A DNA stretch of 63,892 bases, the filler included, from Acidimicrobiia bacterium (lineage in GTDB: Bacteria; Actinomycetota; Acidimicrobiia; Spongiisociales; SHLN01), in NCBI GenBank assembly GCA_041619515.1. It is 12 parts of 12 records of this genome, joined end to end, with 100 filler letters (N's around TTAATTAATTAA, not from the genome) between each part and the next. Parts side by side here need not be neighbours in the genome. Positions count along the whole stretch, not along the records: positions 29,803 to 35,267 come from JBFKDW010000123.1; positions 35,368 to 40,751 come from JBFKDW010000124.1; 10 more parts are not named here. One strand, given 5' to 3'. The translations under genes were made by a program, and so were the position numbers. Positions 30,231 to 39,492 of this stretch are shown here, in pieces. The notes beneath the pieces are model-generated. The model was given only the letters and a program-made list of their open reading frames with translations. It was not told where the DNA came from and made no database searches. Positions within the stretch are counted from its first letter, which is position 1, and each line of letters starts with the position of its first letter.

Positions 30231-30368
30231 AGGGCGATCCAGGAGGATAGCGCCTGTCCATCGTCACTACCGAGAGGGCGGAGGGATTATAGGCCGCCAC
30301 TCCCGAACCGAGCTTTCGAGCCCGGCGCCGATCGCGACCTCGCTTGATCCCCCGGGGAAGAAGGACTG

Positions 30369-31124
30369 CTAGTTCATGTACGTGAGGGCCTGGGCCTGAG
30401 CCCAGCGGGCGGCGGCTTTGGAGTAGTGCTCGCTGGCCTCGTCCAGGTTGCCCGCTTCCAAGGCGCCGAGGCTGGCCTGGATGTCGGCGGCAGTCTCGTC
30501 GAGCGCCAGCGCACCCTCGCTGAAGAACTCGGCCACGCCGCCGTAGTCGAGCTCGAGCAGAAACTCATCATCGAAGCCGGCCACCCAGTTGTGCAGCTCC
30601 TGAACCTGATCGATCACCGCATCCTGAAAGCCGGCGGCTTGCAGGATGACCAGGGTGCGCGTCAAACGATCGTTGGCCTGGGCGATGGTGGTCCGATACA
30701 GCACCGTGCTCCCTTCGGCGACCGGCACGACAGAACGCTCGGCCGGATCGAATGCCGAGAACCATCGAAGGGGAACGTGCCACGGCGACGAAAGGATGTG
30801 GGACTTGGCACCGGGGTCGTGGTCTTTCAGCGCTTCCAACTCGGCGGCTGCCCGCTCGGCTACTTCCTCGGGGATCAACAATTCGGCGGTGAGGCCCGGG
30901 TAGGCGTTGCGAAACCCGAGCAGGCCTTCGAGCAGCCGCAGCCGCGGATGTCGCGGGCATACATAGGTCGTGTCGTTCCACGTGGCCGAGAGCACGCCAT
31001 CGTTGAGCGACTCGGACATGAGGCCGTATTCGCTCACTTCGCGCAGGCGCGGCTCGGGTCGCTTGGTTGCACCGTCGGGGGCTTCGCCCGGCACGTACAC
31101 CCGGAGATGGGCAGCTTTGATCAT
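30369..31124 (-). CDS. Conserved actinobacterial hypothetical protein
   Basis: LRVY, CP..PRLR, SSPWHVPLRWF, LELDYGG pattern recalled from uncharacterised actinobacterial proteins. Confidence 0.75.
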   Translation of the reverse strand: MIKAAHLRVYVPGEAPDGATKRPEPRLREVSEYGLMSESLNDGVLSATWNDTTYVCPRHPRLRLLEGLLGFRNAYPGLTAELLIPEEVAERAAAELEALKDHDPGAKSHILSSPWHVPLRWFSAFDPAERSVVPVAEGSTVLYRTTIAQANDRLTRTLVILQAAGFQDAVIDQVQELHNWVAGFDDEFLLELDYGGVAEFFSEGALALDETAADIQASLGALEAGNLDEASEHYSKAAARWAQAQALTYMN

Positions 31125-31210
31125 CGCTGCACCCTACATCGGCACCTGCGATACCAGGGCTTGAGTACCCGGTGAGGTCGAGACCGGAATCCCAACTACG
31201 GTTAGAGTCA

Positions 31211-32293
31211 ATGGCAGGTCATATGGGTGTATTCGAAGCCATAGGAACCGATCACCACGAGCGTGTGGTGGTCGGCAACGACCCGGTAACGGGTCTCAAG
31301 GCCATCATTGCCATCTACTCGACCGAACTGGGTCCCGCCCTTGGCGGGACCCGACTGTTTCCGTACCCAACCGACGATGCCGCCCTCACCGACGTGCTTC
31401 GGCTCTCCCGGGCCATGGCGCTGAAAGCCTCCGCGGCGGGGCTCGACCTCGGAGGCGGCAAGGCTGTGATCATCGGTGACCGCTCCACCGTCACGGATGA
31501 TCTGTGGCATGCCTACGGACGTCTCATCGACTCCCTCGGAGGCGCCTACATCACCGCCGAAGACGTGGGCACGAACACCGACGACATGCATGTGATCGCC
31601 GAAGAGACGAACTGGGTCGTCGGCCGGGCTGCCGACGACCACGGCGTCGGGGACCCGTCGCCCGCCACCGCCCGCGGGGTCGTCCGGGCGATGCAGGCTG
31701 TGGCCAGCCATCTGGGAGGCACCGATTCGCTCCACGGCAGCCGGATAGCCGTGCAGGGGGTCGGCAAAGTTGGGTCCGCCCTCGTCGAGTACCTCGTCGA
31801 AGCCGGGGCCGAGGTCGTGATCGCCGACATCTACCAGCCGTCCGCCGATGTCCTCGTCGACCGGCTGGGAGTGAAAGCGGTCAGCACCGACGACATCCTG
31901 TACGAGGAGTGCGACATACTCTCACCGTGCTCGCTGGGTGGAGCACTCAACGCCGACACGATTCCCCGGCTGAAATGCCGGGCGGTGGTGGGATCGGCCA
32001 ACAACCAGCTCGCCACGGACGAAGATGACGAGCGGGTTGCCGAAGCCGGCATCCTCTACGTTCCGGACTTCGTGGCCAACTCGGCAGGATTGATTCACGT
32101 GTCCTCCGAGCTCCACGGGTTCGACCTGGAGCGAGTGAACCACCGCATCGCCGGAATCTACGGAGCCGTGCTGTCAATACTCCAGCGGGCCGCCGCCGAA
32201 AACATCACCCCGAACGACGCCGCCATTCGCCTCGCCGAGGACCGCATCCGTCGCGAAGGCAACGGTGTTACGTTCCGACACAAAGGCACATGA
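31211..32293 (+). CDS. Glu/Leu/Phe/Val dehydrogenase (leucine/valine dehydrogenase-like); start 31211 or 31223
   Basis: GPALGGTR, LGGGKAVI, YITAEDVG, GDPSPATARGV, QGVGKVG, GSANNQL, YVPDFVAN. Confidence 0.94.
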   Translation: MAGHMGVFEAIGTDHHERVVVGNDPVTGLKAIIAIYSTELGPALGGTRLFPYPTDDAALTDVLRLSRAMALKASAAGLDLGGGKAVIIGDRSTVTDDLWHAYGRLIDSLGGAYITAEDVGTNTDDMHVIAEETNWVVGRAADDHGVGDPSPATARGVVRAMQAVASHLGGTDSLHGSRIAVQGVGKVGSALVEYLVEAGAEVVIADIYQPSADVLVDRLGVKAVSTDDILYEECDILSPCSLGGALNADTIPRLKCRAVVGSANNQLATDEDDERVAEAGILYVPDFVANSAGLIHVSSELHGFDLERVNHRIAGIYGAVLSILQRAAAENITPNDAAIRLAEDRIRREGNGVTFRHKGT

Positions 32294-32294
32294 C

Positions 32295-34316
32295 ATGATC
32301 AGCATGGGTATCAGCCATACCGACATCGGGCTCGACGACGAGAAGCTCATCGGCCTCTACCGCACCATGCTCCTGGCGCGCAATCTCGACGACCGGATGT
32401 GGAAACTGAGCCGCCAGGGACAGGTGGCCTTCGTGGTTTCGGCCTCCGGGCACGAAGCGGCCCAGGTGGGAACCGCGTTTGCCATCGATCCGGACATCGA
32501 CTGGGTGCTTCCCTACTATCGCGATGTGGGGATGTGCCTGGCGCTCGGGCTATCGGCGCAAGACATCCTGCTGGGGGTCTTCAGCCGGGCCTCGGACCCG
32601 ACGAGCGGCGGCCGGCAGATGCCCAACCACTGGTCGTTCCCTTCCCGCCACATGTTCACCGCCTCGTCGACCATCGGCACCCAATATCCGCACGCGGCCG
32701 GCATCGCCTACACGCTTCGCCACCAGGGCATACCGGGAGCCGCCATCGTCTCGGGCGGCGAAGGATCGACCTCCGAGGGCGATTGGCACGAGGCAATGAA
32801 CTTCGCCGCCATCCACCGCCTCCCGATGGTGTTCGTCATCGAGAACAACCATTACGCCATCTCGGTCCGCGAGGAGAACGAGGTTGCGGGCAGCATCGTG
32901 GAACGGGCCCGCGGCTACGGAATCGAGGCGCAATCCATCGACGGCAACGATGCCTTGACGGTCTATGCCACAACCCGCGAGGCAATCGAGCGAGCCCGGA
33001 GTGGGGGAGGGCCGTCGCTCATCGAGGCCCAGACCTACCGCTACTACGGTCACACCTCCGAGGACCGTGACTCCGACTACCGCACCGCCGAGGAAGTCGA
33101 ACGGTGGCGTAAGAAGGACCCGATCCTCCGGCTCCACCAGTACCTGGTCGAAGCCCGCCTGCTTCCAGATGCGCTGGAGCGAGAACTCGAAGAGGCAGTC
33201 GAGCGCGAGGTGGCTCTGGCCGTGGAAACCGCCTTGGCCGCACCCGAGCCGGACGACCCGTACAGCCACGTGTATGCCCGTCCCATCGAGCCCGGCGAAC
33301 CGATCACCGCCGCCGAGATGCCGGTCGAAGGCGAGTCGGTCAACTTGCTGACCGCCATCAACAAGACAATGCACGAGATCCTCGCCTCACATAGTGAGGC
33401 TGTCGTGTTCGGCGAGGACGTGGCCGACCCGAAGGGCGGGGTCTTCAAGGCCACGAAAGGCCTCGGTGAGCGCTTCGGGATCGATCGGGCGTTCAACACT
33501 CCGCTCGCCGAGTCATGCATAGTCGGCGTGGGCATCGGCATGGCGGCCGCCGGCCTGCGCCCGATCGCCGAGATCCAGTTCGCCGATTTCATCCACCCGG
33601 CCTTCGACCAGATCGTCTCTGAGGCCGCCCGCATCCACTACCGCTCCGACGGGCGCTGGACCTGCCCGCTGGTGATCCGTGTGCCGTTCGGCGGAGGCGT
33701 CCACGGCGGCCTGTACCACTCCCAGTCGATCGAAGCCTTCTACACCCACGTTCCCGGGCTCAAAGTGGTCGTCCCCTCCACACCTGCCGATGCCAAAGGG
33801 CTGTTGTGGGAGGCGATCGACGACCCCGACCCCGTCATCTTCCTGGAACCCAAGAAGCTGTACCGGCTGGTGACCGGCCCCTTCCCCGAGGCTCACCATC
33901 GGGTGCCGCTCGGACGAGCGGCGATCCGCCGTCTCGGTACCGATGTCACCATCCTGGCGTACGGAGCGATGGCACATTTCGCCCAGGAAGCCGCCGAGCT
34001 GCTGGCGAAGGAGGGCGTGGAAGCGGAGCTGATCGATCTGCGCAGCCTCCGACCACTCGACTGGCCGACCATCGGCGAGTCGGTGCGCAAGACGGGCAAG
34101 ATTCTCATCGTCCACGAGGACAACGAGTTCGGTGGCTTCGGAGCCGAAGTGGCGGCCCAGGTTGCCGACAAGAGCTTCGAACACCTGGATGGACCGGTCC
34201 GCCGCTATGCCGCCCCCGAGCTGCCGGCATTCCCGTTCTCCCAGGCCCTCGAGAATATGGTCATGCCGAACACCGAAGGAATCGTTCAACACGCCCTGGA
34301 TTTGAGCCGTTACTAG
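32295..34316 (+). CDS. Branched-chain 2-oxoacid dehydrogenase E1, fused alpha and beta subunits
   Basis: Alpha: GHEAAQVG, GRQMPNH, GEGSTSEGDWHE..NN (ThDP site); beta: FGEDV, NTPLAE, EIQFADF, HSQS, FLEPK, DLRSL. Confidence 0.93.
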   Translation: MISMGISHTDIGLDDEKLIGLYRTMLLARNLDDRMWKLSRQGQVAFVVSASGHEAAQVGTAFAIDPDIDWVLPYYRDVGMCLALGLSAQDILLGVFSRASDPTSGGRQMPNHWSFPSRHMFTASSTIGTQYPHAAGIAYTLRHQGIPGAAIVSGGEGSTSEGDWHEAMNFAAIHRLPMVFVIENNHYAISVREENEVAGSIVERARGYGIEAQSIDGNDALTVYATTREAIERARSGGGPSLIEAQTYRYYGHTSEDRDSDYRTAEEVERWRKKDPILRLHQYLVEARLLPDALERELEEAVEREVALAVETALAAPEPDDPYSHVYARPIEPGEPITAAEMPVEGESVNLLTAINKTMHEILASHSEAVVFGEDVADPKGGVFKATKGLGERFGIDRAFNTPLAESCIVGVGIGMAAAGLRPIAEIQFADFIHPAFDQIVSEAARIHYRSDGRWTCPLVIRVPFGGGVHGGLYHSQSIEAFYTHVPGLKVVVPSTPADAKGLLWEAIDDPDPVIFLEPKKLYRLVTGPFPEAHHRVPLGRAAIRRLGTDVTILAYGAMAHFAQEAAELLAKEGVEAELIDLRSLRPLDWPTIGESVRKTGKILIVHEDNEFGGFGAEVAAQVADKSFEHLDGPVRRYAAPELPAFPFSQALENMVMPNTEGIVQHALDLSRY

Positions 34317-34358
34317 GACCACCTAATCCGGACGCGCCGGTATCGTCCCTCATTCCGC

Positions 34359-34892
34359 ATGAAGACAAAGACAGCTGCAACCCTCATCGCTATTGCCCTC
34401 GTCGCAGGCGCCTGCTCAACGGAAGCAGCCGCCCCGGACAACACCGGCCTGGCTCGCACGACCGTCCCGGACGGCACGACCACCGCTCCCGGGCAAACGA
34501 ACACGTCGGTCGACGGAGCCTTGCCGACCAATCCCGATCCCGTCGACAACGGATCCGAAGTCACGCTGCCGCTGGAAGTCGAGCCGTGTGACCCACCCAC
34601 CGAAGACCTCGAGCCGTACTGCCAGCCGTTCGAGCTGGACCTCGGTGACACCCGCATCGTGTGGGACCGCTGGTTCTGGGGCCAGGGAACGTTCTCCAAA
34701 GGCACCGTCGAGGTCTATGTAGACGACGAGCTGGTAGCCGCAGGGCCGTTCGTCGGCGAGGGCTCGATCGTGGAACAGGACGAGGACGACAACTTCATCT
34801 TCTACGATCCGAGCGGCGACGTCGTCGCCGTCGCCATGCCCGACGACATCCTTCCGGCGATTCAGGCCGCCCTCGACGCCCTCAACAGCTAG
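34359..34892 (+). CDS. Hypothetical lipoprotein
   Basis: Signal peptide with AGAC lipobox, Thr/Pro linker, acidic C-terminal domain. Confidence 0.75.
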   Translation: MKTKTAATLIAIALVAGACSTEAAAPDNTGLARTTVPDGTTTAPGQTNTSVDGALPTNPDPVDNGSEVTLPLEVEPCDPPTEDLEPYCQPFELDLGDTRIVWDRWFWGQGTFSKGTVEVYVDDELVAAGPFVGEGSIVEQDEDDNFIFYDPSGDVVAVAMPDDILPAIQAALDALNS

Positions 34893-34946
34893 GCCCGCAG
34901 GTTCGGAGGGAACCCACCCTCGCGCCTTCCGTCGCCCCAAAACCGT

Positions 34947-35267
34947 TCTCCTCCCCCGGAGGGGGAGGTGCCCCGCAGGGGCGGAGGGGGCGCCCGCCAA
35001 CCCACGTTGGCCTACCTGCCCCAGACCCACAGTCACGCCCCCCGCCATCACCGCCCCACCAGGCCGCCCCAGACAAAGGCCGCCCCAGGCCAAAGGCTGC
35101 CCCAGGCCAAAGGCCGCCCCCGAATGGCTGCCGCCCCCCTCCCGGCTCCGCCGGACTCCCCCCTCCGGAGGGAGAGAAACACCGTTCTCCTCCCCCGGAG
35201 GGGGAGGAGCCCCGCAGGGGCGGAGGGGGCGCCCGCCACAACCCACGTTGGCCTACCTGCCCCAGAC
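34947..35267. repeat. Type A/B palindrome cluster (reverse orientation) with duplicated spacer and internal 17-bp microrepeat, at contig end
   Basis: A(rev) near 34948 and 35187, B(rev) near 35134; AACCCACGTTGGCCTACCTGCCCCAGAC twice; AGGC(C/T)GCCCCAG(G/A)C(C)AA about 3.5 copies at 35061-35123. Confidence 0.88.
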
Positions 35268-35367
35268 NNNNNNNNNNNNNNNNNNNNNNNNNNNNNNNNN
35301 NNNNNNNNNNNTTAATTAATTAANNNNNNNNNNNNNNNNNNNNNNNNNNNNNNNNNNNNNNNNNNNN

Positions 35368-35525
35368 CGCTCGACGTACTTGTCGCCCCCACCGTGGCGG
35401 GCTTCGGCCAGGATCGCTTCGAGGGTGGACACATGCGCTTCCATGGCGGTCCGGTTGGCGGCGAACCCCTCGCTTCTCGGGTCGAGTCGTGACGCCAAAA
35501 CCGCCAATTCAGGTTCCTCGCTCAT
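35368..35525 (-). CDS. Acyl-CoA carboxylase beta subunit, N-terminal fragment (3' truncated)
   Basis: LASRLDPRSEGFAANRTAM...GGGDKYVE matches the MCC/GCC beta N-terminus. Confidence 0.75.
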
Positions 35526-35686
35526 GCGGACTGCGCCGTGCAGACGGCCGGGGCCAGCCTACCCGACGGGTGCCGCGGCTCCCTCGCATCTGAAGCGGCG
35601 GCGTCTGCGGACAAGGTCAGACCGGTTTTGACTTCGGTGGTTTCCGACCACTACTGTGTGCAGCAGTCTTCGAGGGAGGAAGAAGC

Positions 35687-36025
35687 ATGTTGAGACGACG
35701 TCTCTTTGGAACGTTCCTAGCCGGCGTGTTGCTGGTAGGTCTCCTACCAGCAGCGGCCGGCGCCGACCGACCGTTGGATGTGGATTGTGACGTACTGGAA
35801 ACCACCTTGCTCGCAGTCGATGGGGTGCTTCCCGCGGGTACGTTCGACAGTCTCGGTGATCTCGTGTCGACTGCGAAGAAGGACCCGGCCACGTTCGCTT
35901 TCTTGAATGGCTTGGTATTCGCCTTCTCGTTTGGGGCGATCAGTTTCGATGATCCGAAGGAAGTCGTGCCCACGGTTGCCAAGTGTGGTCTGACGCCGCT
36001 GCTGAACGAGCTCATCAAGGACTGA
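35687..36025 (+). CDS. Small secreted hypothetical protein (2 Cys)
   Basis: GAGGGAG RBS, signal peptide ending AGA, lower-GC codon usage, downstream hairpin. Confidence 0.72.
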   Translation: MLRRRLFGTFLAGVLLVGLLPAAAGADRPLDVDCDVLETTLLAVDGVLPAGTFDSLGDLVSTAKKDPATFAFLNGLVFAFSFGAISFDDPKEVVPTVAKCGLTPLLNELIKD

Positions 36026-36064
36026 CCGCCACCGACTATCCGCCGGGGCCGAGCCCCGGCCACC

Positions 36065-36097
36065 GAGACCCCCGCTCCGGCGGGGGTCTCACGTTTT
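36065..36097 (+). terminator. Probable intrinsic terminator
   Basis: GAGACCCCCGC-TCCG-GCGGGGGTCTC perfect 11-bp stem followed by ACGTTTT. Confidence 0.7.
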
Positions 36098-36228
36098 GCG
36101 GAGGTCGCACACACTCTGCCGAGGACCCCTCAGGCTCAGAGGCAGCCCGCGGCCAAGATTGTCGCCAAGCCGACAGGAGGGAACCCCGGCGCCGGCTCCG
36201 TGAGTTATAGGATCGAACGGAGAATCAG

Positions 36229-36783
36229 ATGGCACAACTCCCAAAGAACCAGCTCCGGCAGGCGGCCGTCGCCGCCGTCATCTCTGCGGTCATCATCGGT
36301 GCGGCGGTGACCCTGGCCATTGTGGCCGGGGACGGCGGAGACAGCACTCCCGCCACTGTGGCCGGCCCGGTCCCCGAAACCGTGGACTACGTGAACTACG
36401 AAACTCCCGAGAAGCTGCTGGCAGGCCACGCCGGGCGTCCGCTGGTGATCAACTTCTTCGCCTCCTGGTGTGCCCCGTGCCGAGCCGAGCTCCCCGACCT
36501 GGCGGCCGCCCATGCCGAGTACGGTGATCGAGTCGACTTCGTCGGGGTCGCCTTCCAGGAGGCCTCCGAGGCCGCCGCCGCCGCGCTGCTGTTCGAATCG
36601 GGGATCACCTATCCGATCATGGAAGACCCCGATGGAGCGCTGCTGGAAGAGCTCGGCACGCTGCCGACGATGCCCACCACGATCTTCGTGACCGCCGCTA
36701 GCGACATCCTCGAGCGTCACCACGGCCTCATCCTCGAGGACCAGCTCACCGAGCGAATCGAAGAGATCATCGCCGCCTCATGA
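36229..36783 (+). CDS. TlpA/ResA-like membrane-anchored thioredoxin
   Basis: N-terminal TM helix, INFFASWCAPCRAELP, MPTTIFV. Confidence 0.92.
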   Translation: MAQLPKNQLRQAAVAAVISAVIIGAAVTLAIVAGDGGDSTPATVAGPVPETVDYVNYETPEKLLAGHAGRPLVINFFASWCAPCRAELPDLAAAHAEYGDRVDFVGVAFQEASEAAAAALLFESGITYPIMEDPDGALLEELGTLPTMPTTIFVTAASDILERHHGLILEDQLTERIEEIIAAS

Positions 36784-37649
36784 TCTTCGCCTTCGCCGCC
36801 GGGCTGCTCTCCACCGTGAACCCCTGCGGATTCGCCATGCTGCCCGCCTACCTCAGCTTGTTCATGGGCTTGCACGAGGACGAGGGGGTACCCCGGCGGG
36901 TGGTGGTGGGCCGCGCCCTCAAGATCGGCCTCATCATGTCGGCCGGTTTCATCGCGGTCTTCGGGACGGCCGGGCTGGTCATCCGCTTCGGAGGTGAGGC
37001 CGTTCAGGACGCGGTCGCCGACAGCCTGGGCTGGATCGCTCTGGTGGCCGGCGGTGGCGTGGTGGCTCTCGGGGTCTGGCTGCTGATGGGCAACACGCTC
37101 AAGGTGCGGGTGCCCAATTTTCGAGCCAACACACGGAGCGAAGGGGCCGGGACCATCTTCACGTTCGGTATCTCCTACGCCCTCGCTTCTCTGTCGTGCG
37201 CCTTCCCAATCTTTGCCGGGGTGGTCGCCGCCTCCTTCAGCCAGAACCTGGCCGAAGGTGTCGGGAGCTTCTTCGCATACGCGGCCGGCATGGCAGCAGT
37301 TGTCATGGTGCTCACGGTCGGGCTGGCGCTCGGCAAGGAGAGGGTGGTGCACCACCTGCGACGGGCCTCGCAGGTATTCGATCGCGTCGCCGGCGTGGTG
37401 CTGGTCGCAGCCGGAGCCTTCATCGTCTTCTATTGGACGCTCGTGCTTTCCAGTGGCGACAATGCCCTCTCCGAAAACGCCTTGACCGTCTGGGTAGAGG
37501 GCGTCCAGGCCGACCTCACCGACTTGATCGGGTCGGTGCCGCTGTGGGTTTGGGTGCCGGTGCTGATGCTCCCCATCTCGGTGGCGGCCGCCTATGCCGT
37601 GCGAGACCCCAACCGCACCGGTCACAGGCTGGGGAAATCAAGCCTCTGA
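36780..37649 (+). CDS. ccdA: Cytochrome c biogenesis / disulfide transporter CcdA
   Basis: NPCGFAMLPAYL, SLSCAFP, about 7 TM helices; ATGA overlap with the TlpA gene. Confidence 0.88.
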   Translation: MIFAFAAGLLSTVNPCGFAMLPAYLSLFMGLHEDEGVPRRVVVGRALKIGLIMSAGFIAVFGTAGLVIRFGGEAVQDAVADSLGWIALVAGGGVVALGVWLLMGNTLKVRVPNFRANTRSEGAGTIFTFGISYALASLSCAFPIFAGVVAASFSQNLAEGVGSFFAYAAGMAAVVMVLTVGLALGKERVVHHLRRASQVFDRVAGVVLVAAGAFIVFYWTLVLSSGDNALSENALTVWVEGVQADLTDLIGSVPLWVWVPVLMLPISVAAAYAVRDPNRTGHRLGKSSL

Positions 37650-37671
37650 GGCCGGACTAGATTCGGTAGGA

Positions 37672-39492
37672 GTGACTACGCCGTCGACCGCTCCATCTTG
37701 GAAGCCCGATTCCGAGACGATTGCTCGGGCCAATGTCACCCGGATGGCGGGCGATCTCGGCCTCGCCGACTACGCCGCCCTGCATGGGTGGTCGGTCACT
37801 CACCGGGCCGAGTTCTGGGAGACGGTCATCGACCGCCTCGGCATCGACTTCAGGACGCCTCCCACCGAGATCCTGGCAGAGCCCGTCGACCCGCGGGCGC
37901 CCCGCTGGCTCACCGGGGCCCGCCTCAACATCGTCGACAGCTGCTTCACGGCCGATCCCGAGGCCGTGGCCGTCGTCCTCGAACACCGGGGCGAGCGCCA
38001 TCGCCTCTCCTATGGGCAGTTGGAGGCACTTGTCGACCGGGTCGCACACGGGCTGCATCAACTCGGGTTGCACCGGGGCAGCCGGGTGGCAATCGCCATG
38101 CCGATGACCGTCCAAGCGGTGGCCGGCTACCTCGGCATCGTCAAAGCAGGCGGCGTCGTGGTTTCGATCGCCGACAGCTTCGCGGCCGAGGAGATCAGGA
38201 CCAGGCTGGAGATCGCAGGCGCCGATGCGGTCATCACCCAGGGGGCGGTCCATCGGGGACGCAAGATTCTGCCGATGTACGCCAAGGTGCTGGAGGCGGA
38301 GGCTCCCCGGGCCATCGTGGTCGAGCCCGAACCCGACCAGCTCCGCGAGGGGGATCTCGATTGGGAGGAGTTTCTCGGCGCCACCGAGCCGTTCGAGGCC
38401 GTGGAGGTGGGCGGTGAGGACTACATGAACATTCTCTTCTCGTCGGGCACAACCGGGACGCCCAAAGCGATTCCATGGACCCACCTAACACCGATCAAGG
38501 CCGCCATGGATGCCCACTTCCACCACGACATTCACCCCGGCGATGTGCTCGCCTGGCCCACCAACCTGGGATGGATGATGGGCCCGTGGCTCATCTACGC
38601 CTCGCTCATCAACCGGGCCACGATCGCCCTTTTCGACGACGCTCCCACCGAGCGCTGGTTCGGCGAGTTCATCGAATGGGCCGGGGTGACGATGCTGGGA
38701 GTGGTCCCCAGCCTGGTGAGGACCTGGCGTGACAGCGAATGCATGGAGGGCTTGAATTGGAGCCGGATTCGGGCGTTCAGCTCCACCGGCGAAGCATCGA
38801 ACCGGTCCGACATGCGCTACCTCATGAGCCTGGCCGGGGGACGGCCCGTGATCGAGTACTGCGGGGGGACCGAGATCGGCGGTGGGTATATCACCGGAAC
38901 CATGGTCCAGCCGTGCGTCCCGGCCGCATTCTCGACCCCCGCCCTCGGGCTCGATGTGGTGATCCTCGACGAGGCCGGCCTGGAAGCCGACAAGGGCGAG
39001 CTCTTCCTCGTGCCGCCTTCGATCGGGCTGTCCTCGGAGCTCTTGAACCGGGACCACGAGGAGGAGTACTACGCCGCTACTCCGCCGGGCCCACAGGGGC
39101 AGCAGTTGCGCCGCCACGGAGACTATTTCACCCGCCTCGGTGGCCCGTACTACCGGGCCAGCGGCCGGGTAGACGACACCATGAACCTCGGTGGGGTCAA
39201 GGTGAGCTCGGCCGAAATCGAGCGCGTCGCGCTCAGGATGGACGGGGTCCGGGAGGCTGCGGCCATCGCCGTGCCCATCCAGGGCGGAGGACCGAGCAAG
39301 CTCATCGTCTATGTCGTGCCGGAGGACGGCGCCGACATGACGGACCTGAAAGACGACATGACGGCCGCGATTCGAAAAAGGCTCAATCCCCTATTCAAGG
39401 TTCATTCGGTCGTAACGCTGGACCAGCTGCCCCGGACGGCCTCGAACAAGGTGAAGCGAAGAGAGCTTCGCAAGCACTACCTTGAGGGCTGA
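37672..39492 (+). CDS. AMP-dependent acyl-CoA synthetase (acetate--CoA ligase / AAE17-18-like)
   Basis: ILFSSGTTGTPKAIPW, WPTNLGWMMGPW, FSSTGEAS, EYCGGTEIGG, RRHGD, GRVDDTMNLGG, LPRTASNK. Confidence 0.9.
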   Translation: MTTPSTAPSWKPDSETIARANVTRMAGDLGLADYAALHGWSVTHRAEFWETVIDRLGIDFRTPPTEILAEPVDPRAPRWLTGARLNIVDSCFTADPEAVAVVLEHRGERHRLSYGQLEALVDRVAHGLHQLGLHRGSRVAIAMPMTVQAVAGYLGIVKAGGVVVSIADSFAAEEIRTRLEIAGADAVITQGAVHRGRKILPMYAKVLEAEAPRAIVVEPEPDQLREGDLDWEEFLGATEPFEAVEVGGEDYMNILFSSGTTGTPKAIPWTHLTPIKAAMDAHFHHDIHPGDVLAWPTNLGWMMGPWLIYASLINRATIALFDDAPTERWFGEFIEWAGVTMLGVVPSLVRTWRDSECMEGLNWSRIRAFSSTGEASNRSDMRYLMSLAGGRPVIEYCGGTEIGGGYITGTMVQPCVPAAFSTPALGLDVVILDEAGLEADKGELFLVPPSIGLSSELLNRDHEEEYYAATPPGPQGQQLRRHGDYFTRLGGPYYRASGRVDDTMNLGGVKVSSAEIERVALRMDGVREAAAIAVPIQGGGPSKLIVYVVPEDGADMTDLKDDMTAAIRKRLNPLFKVHSVVTLDQLPRTASNKVKRRELRKHYLEG

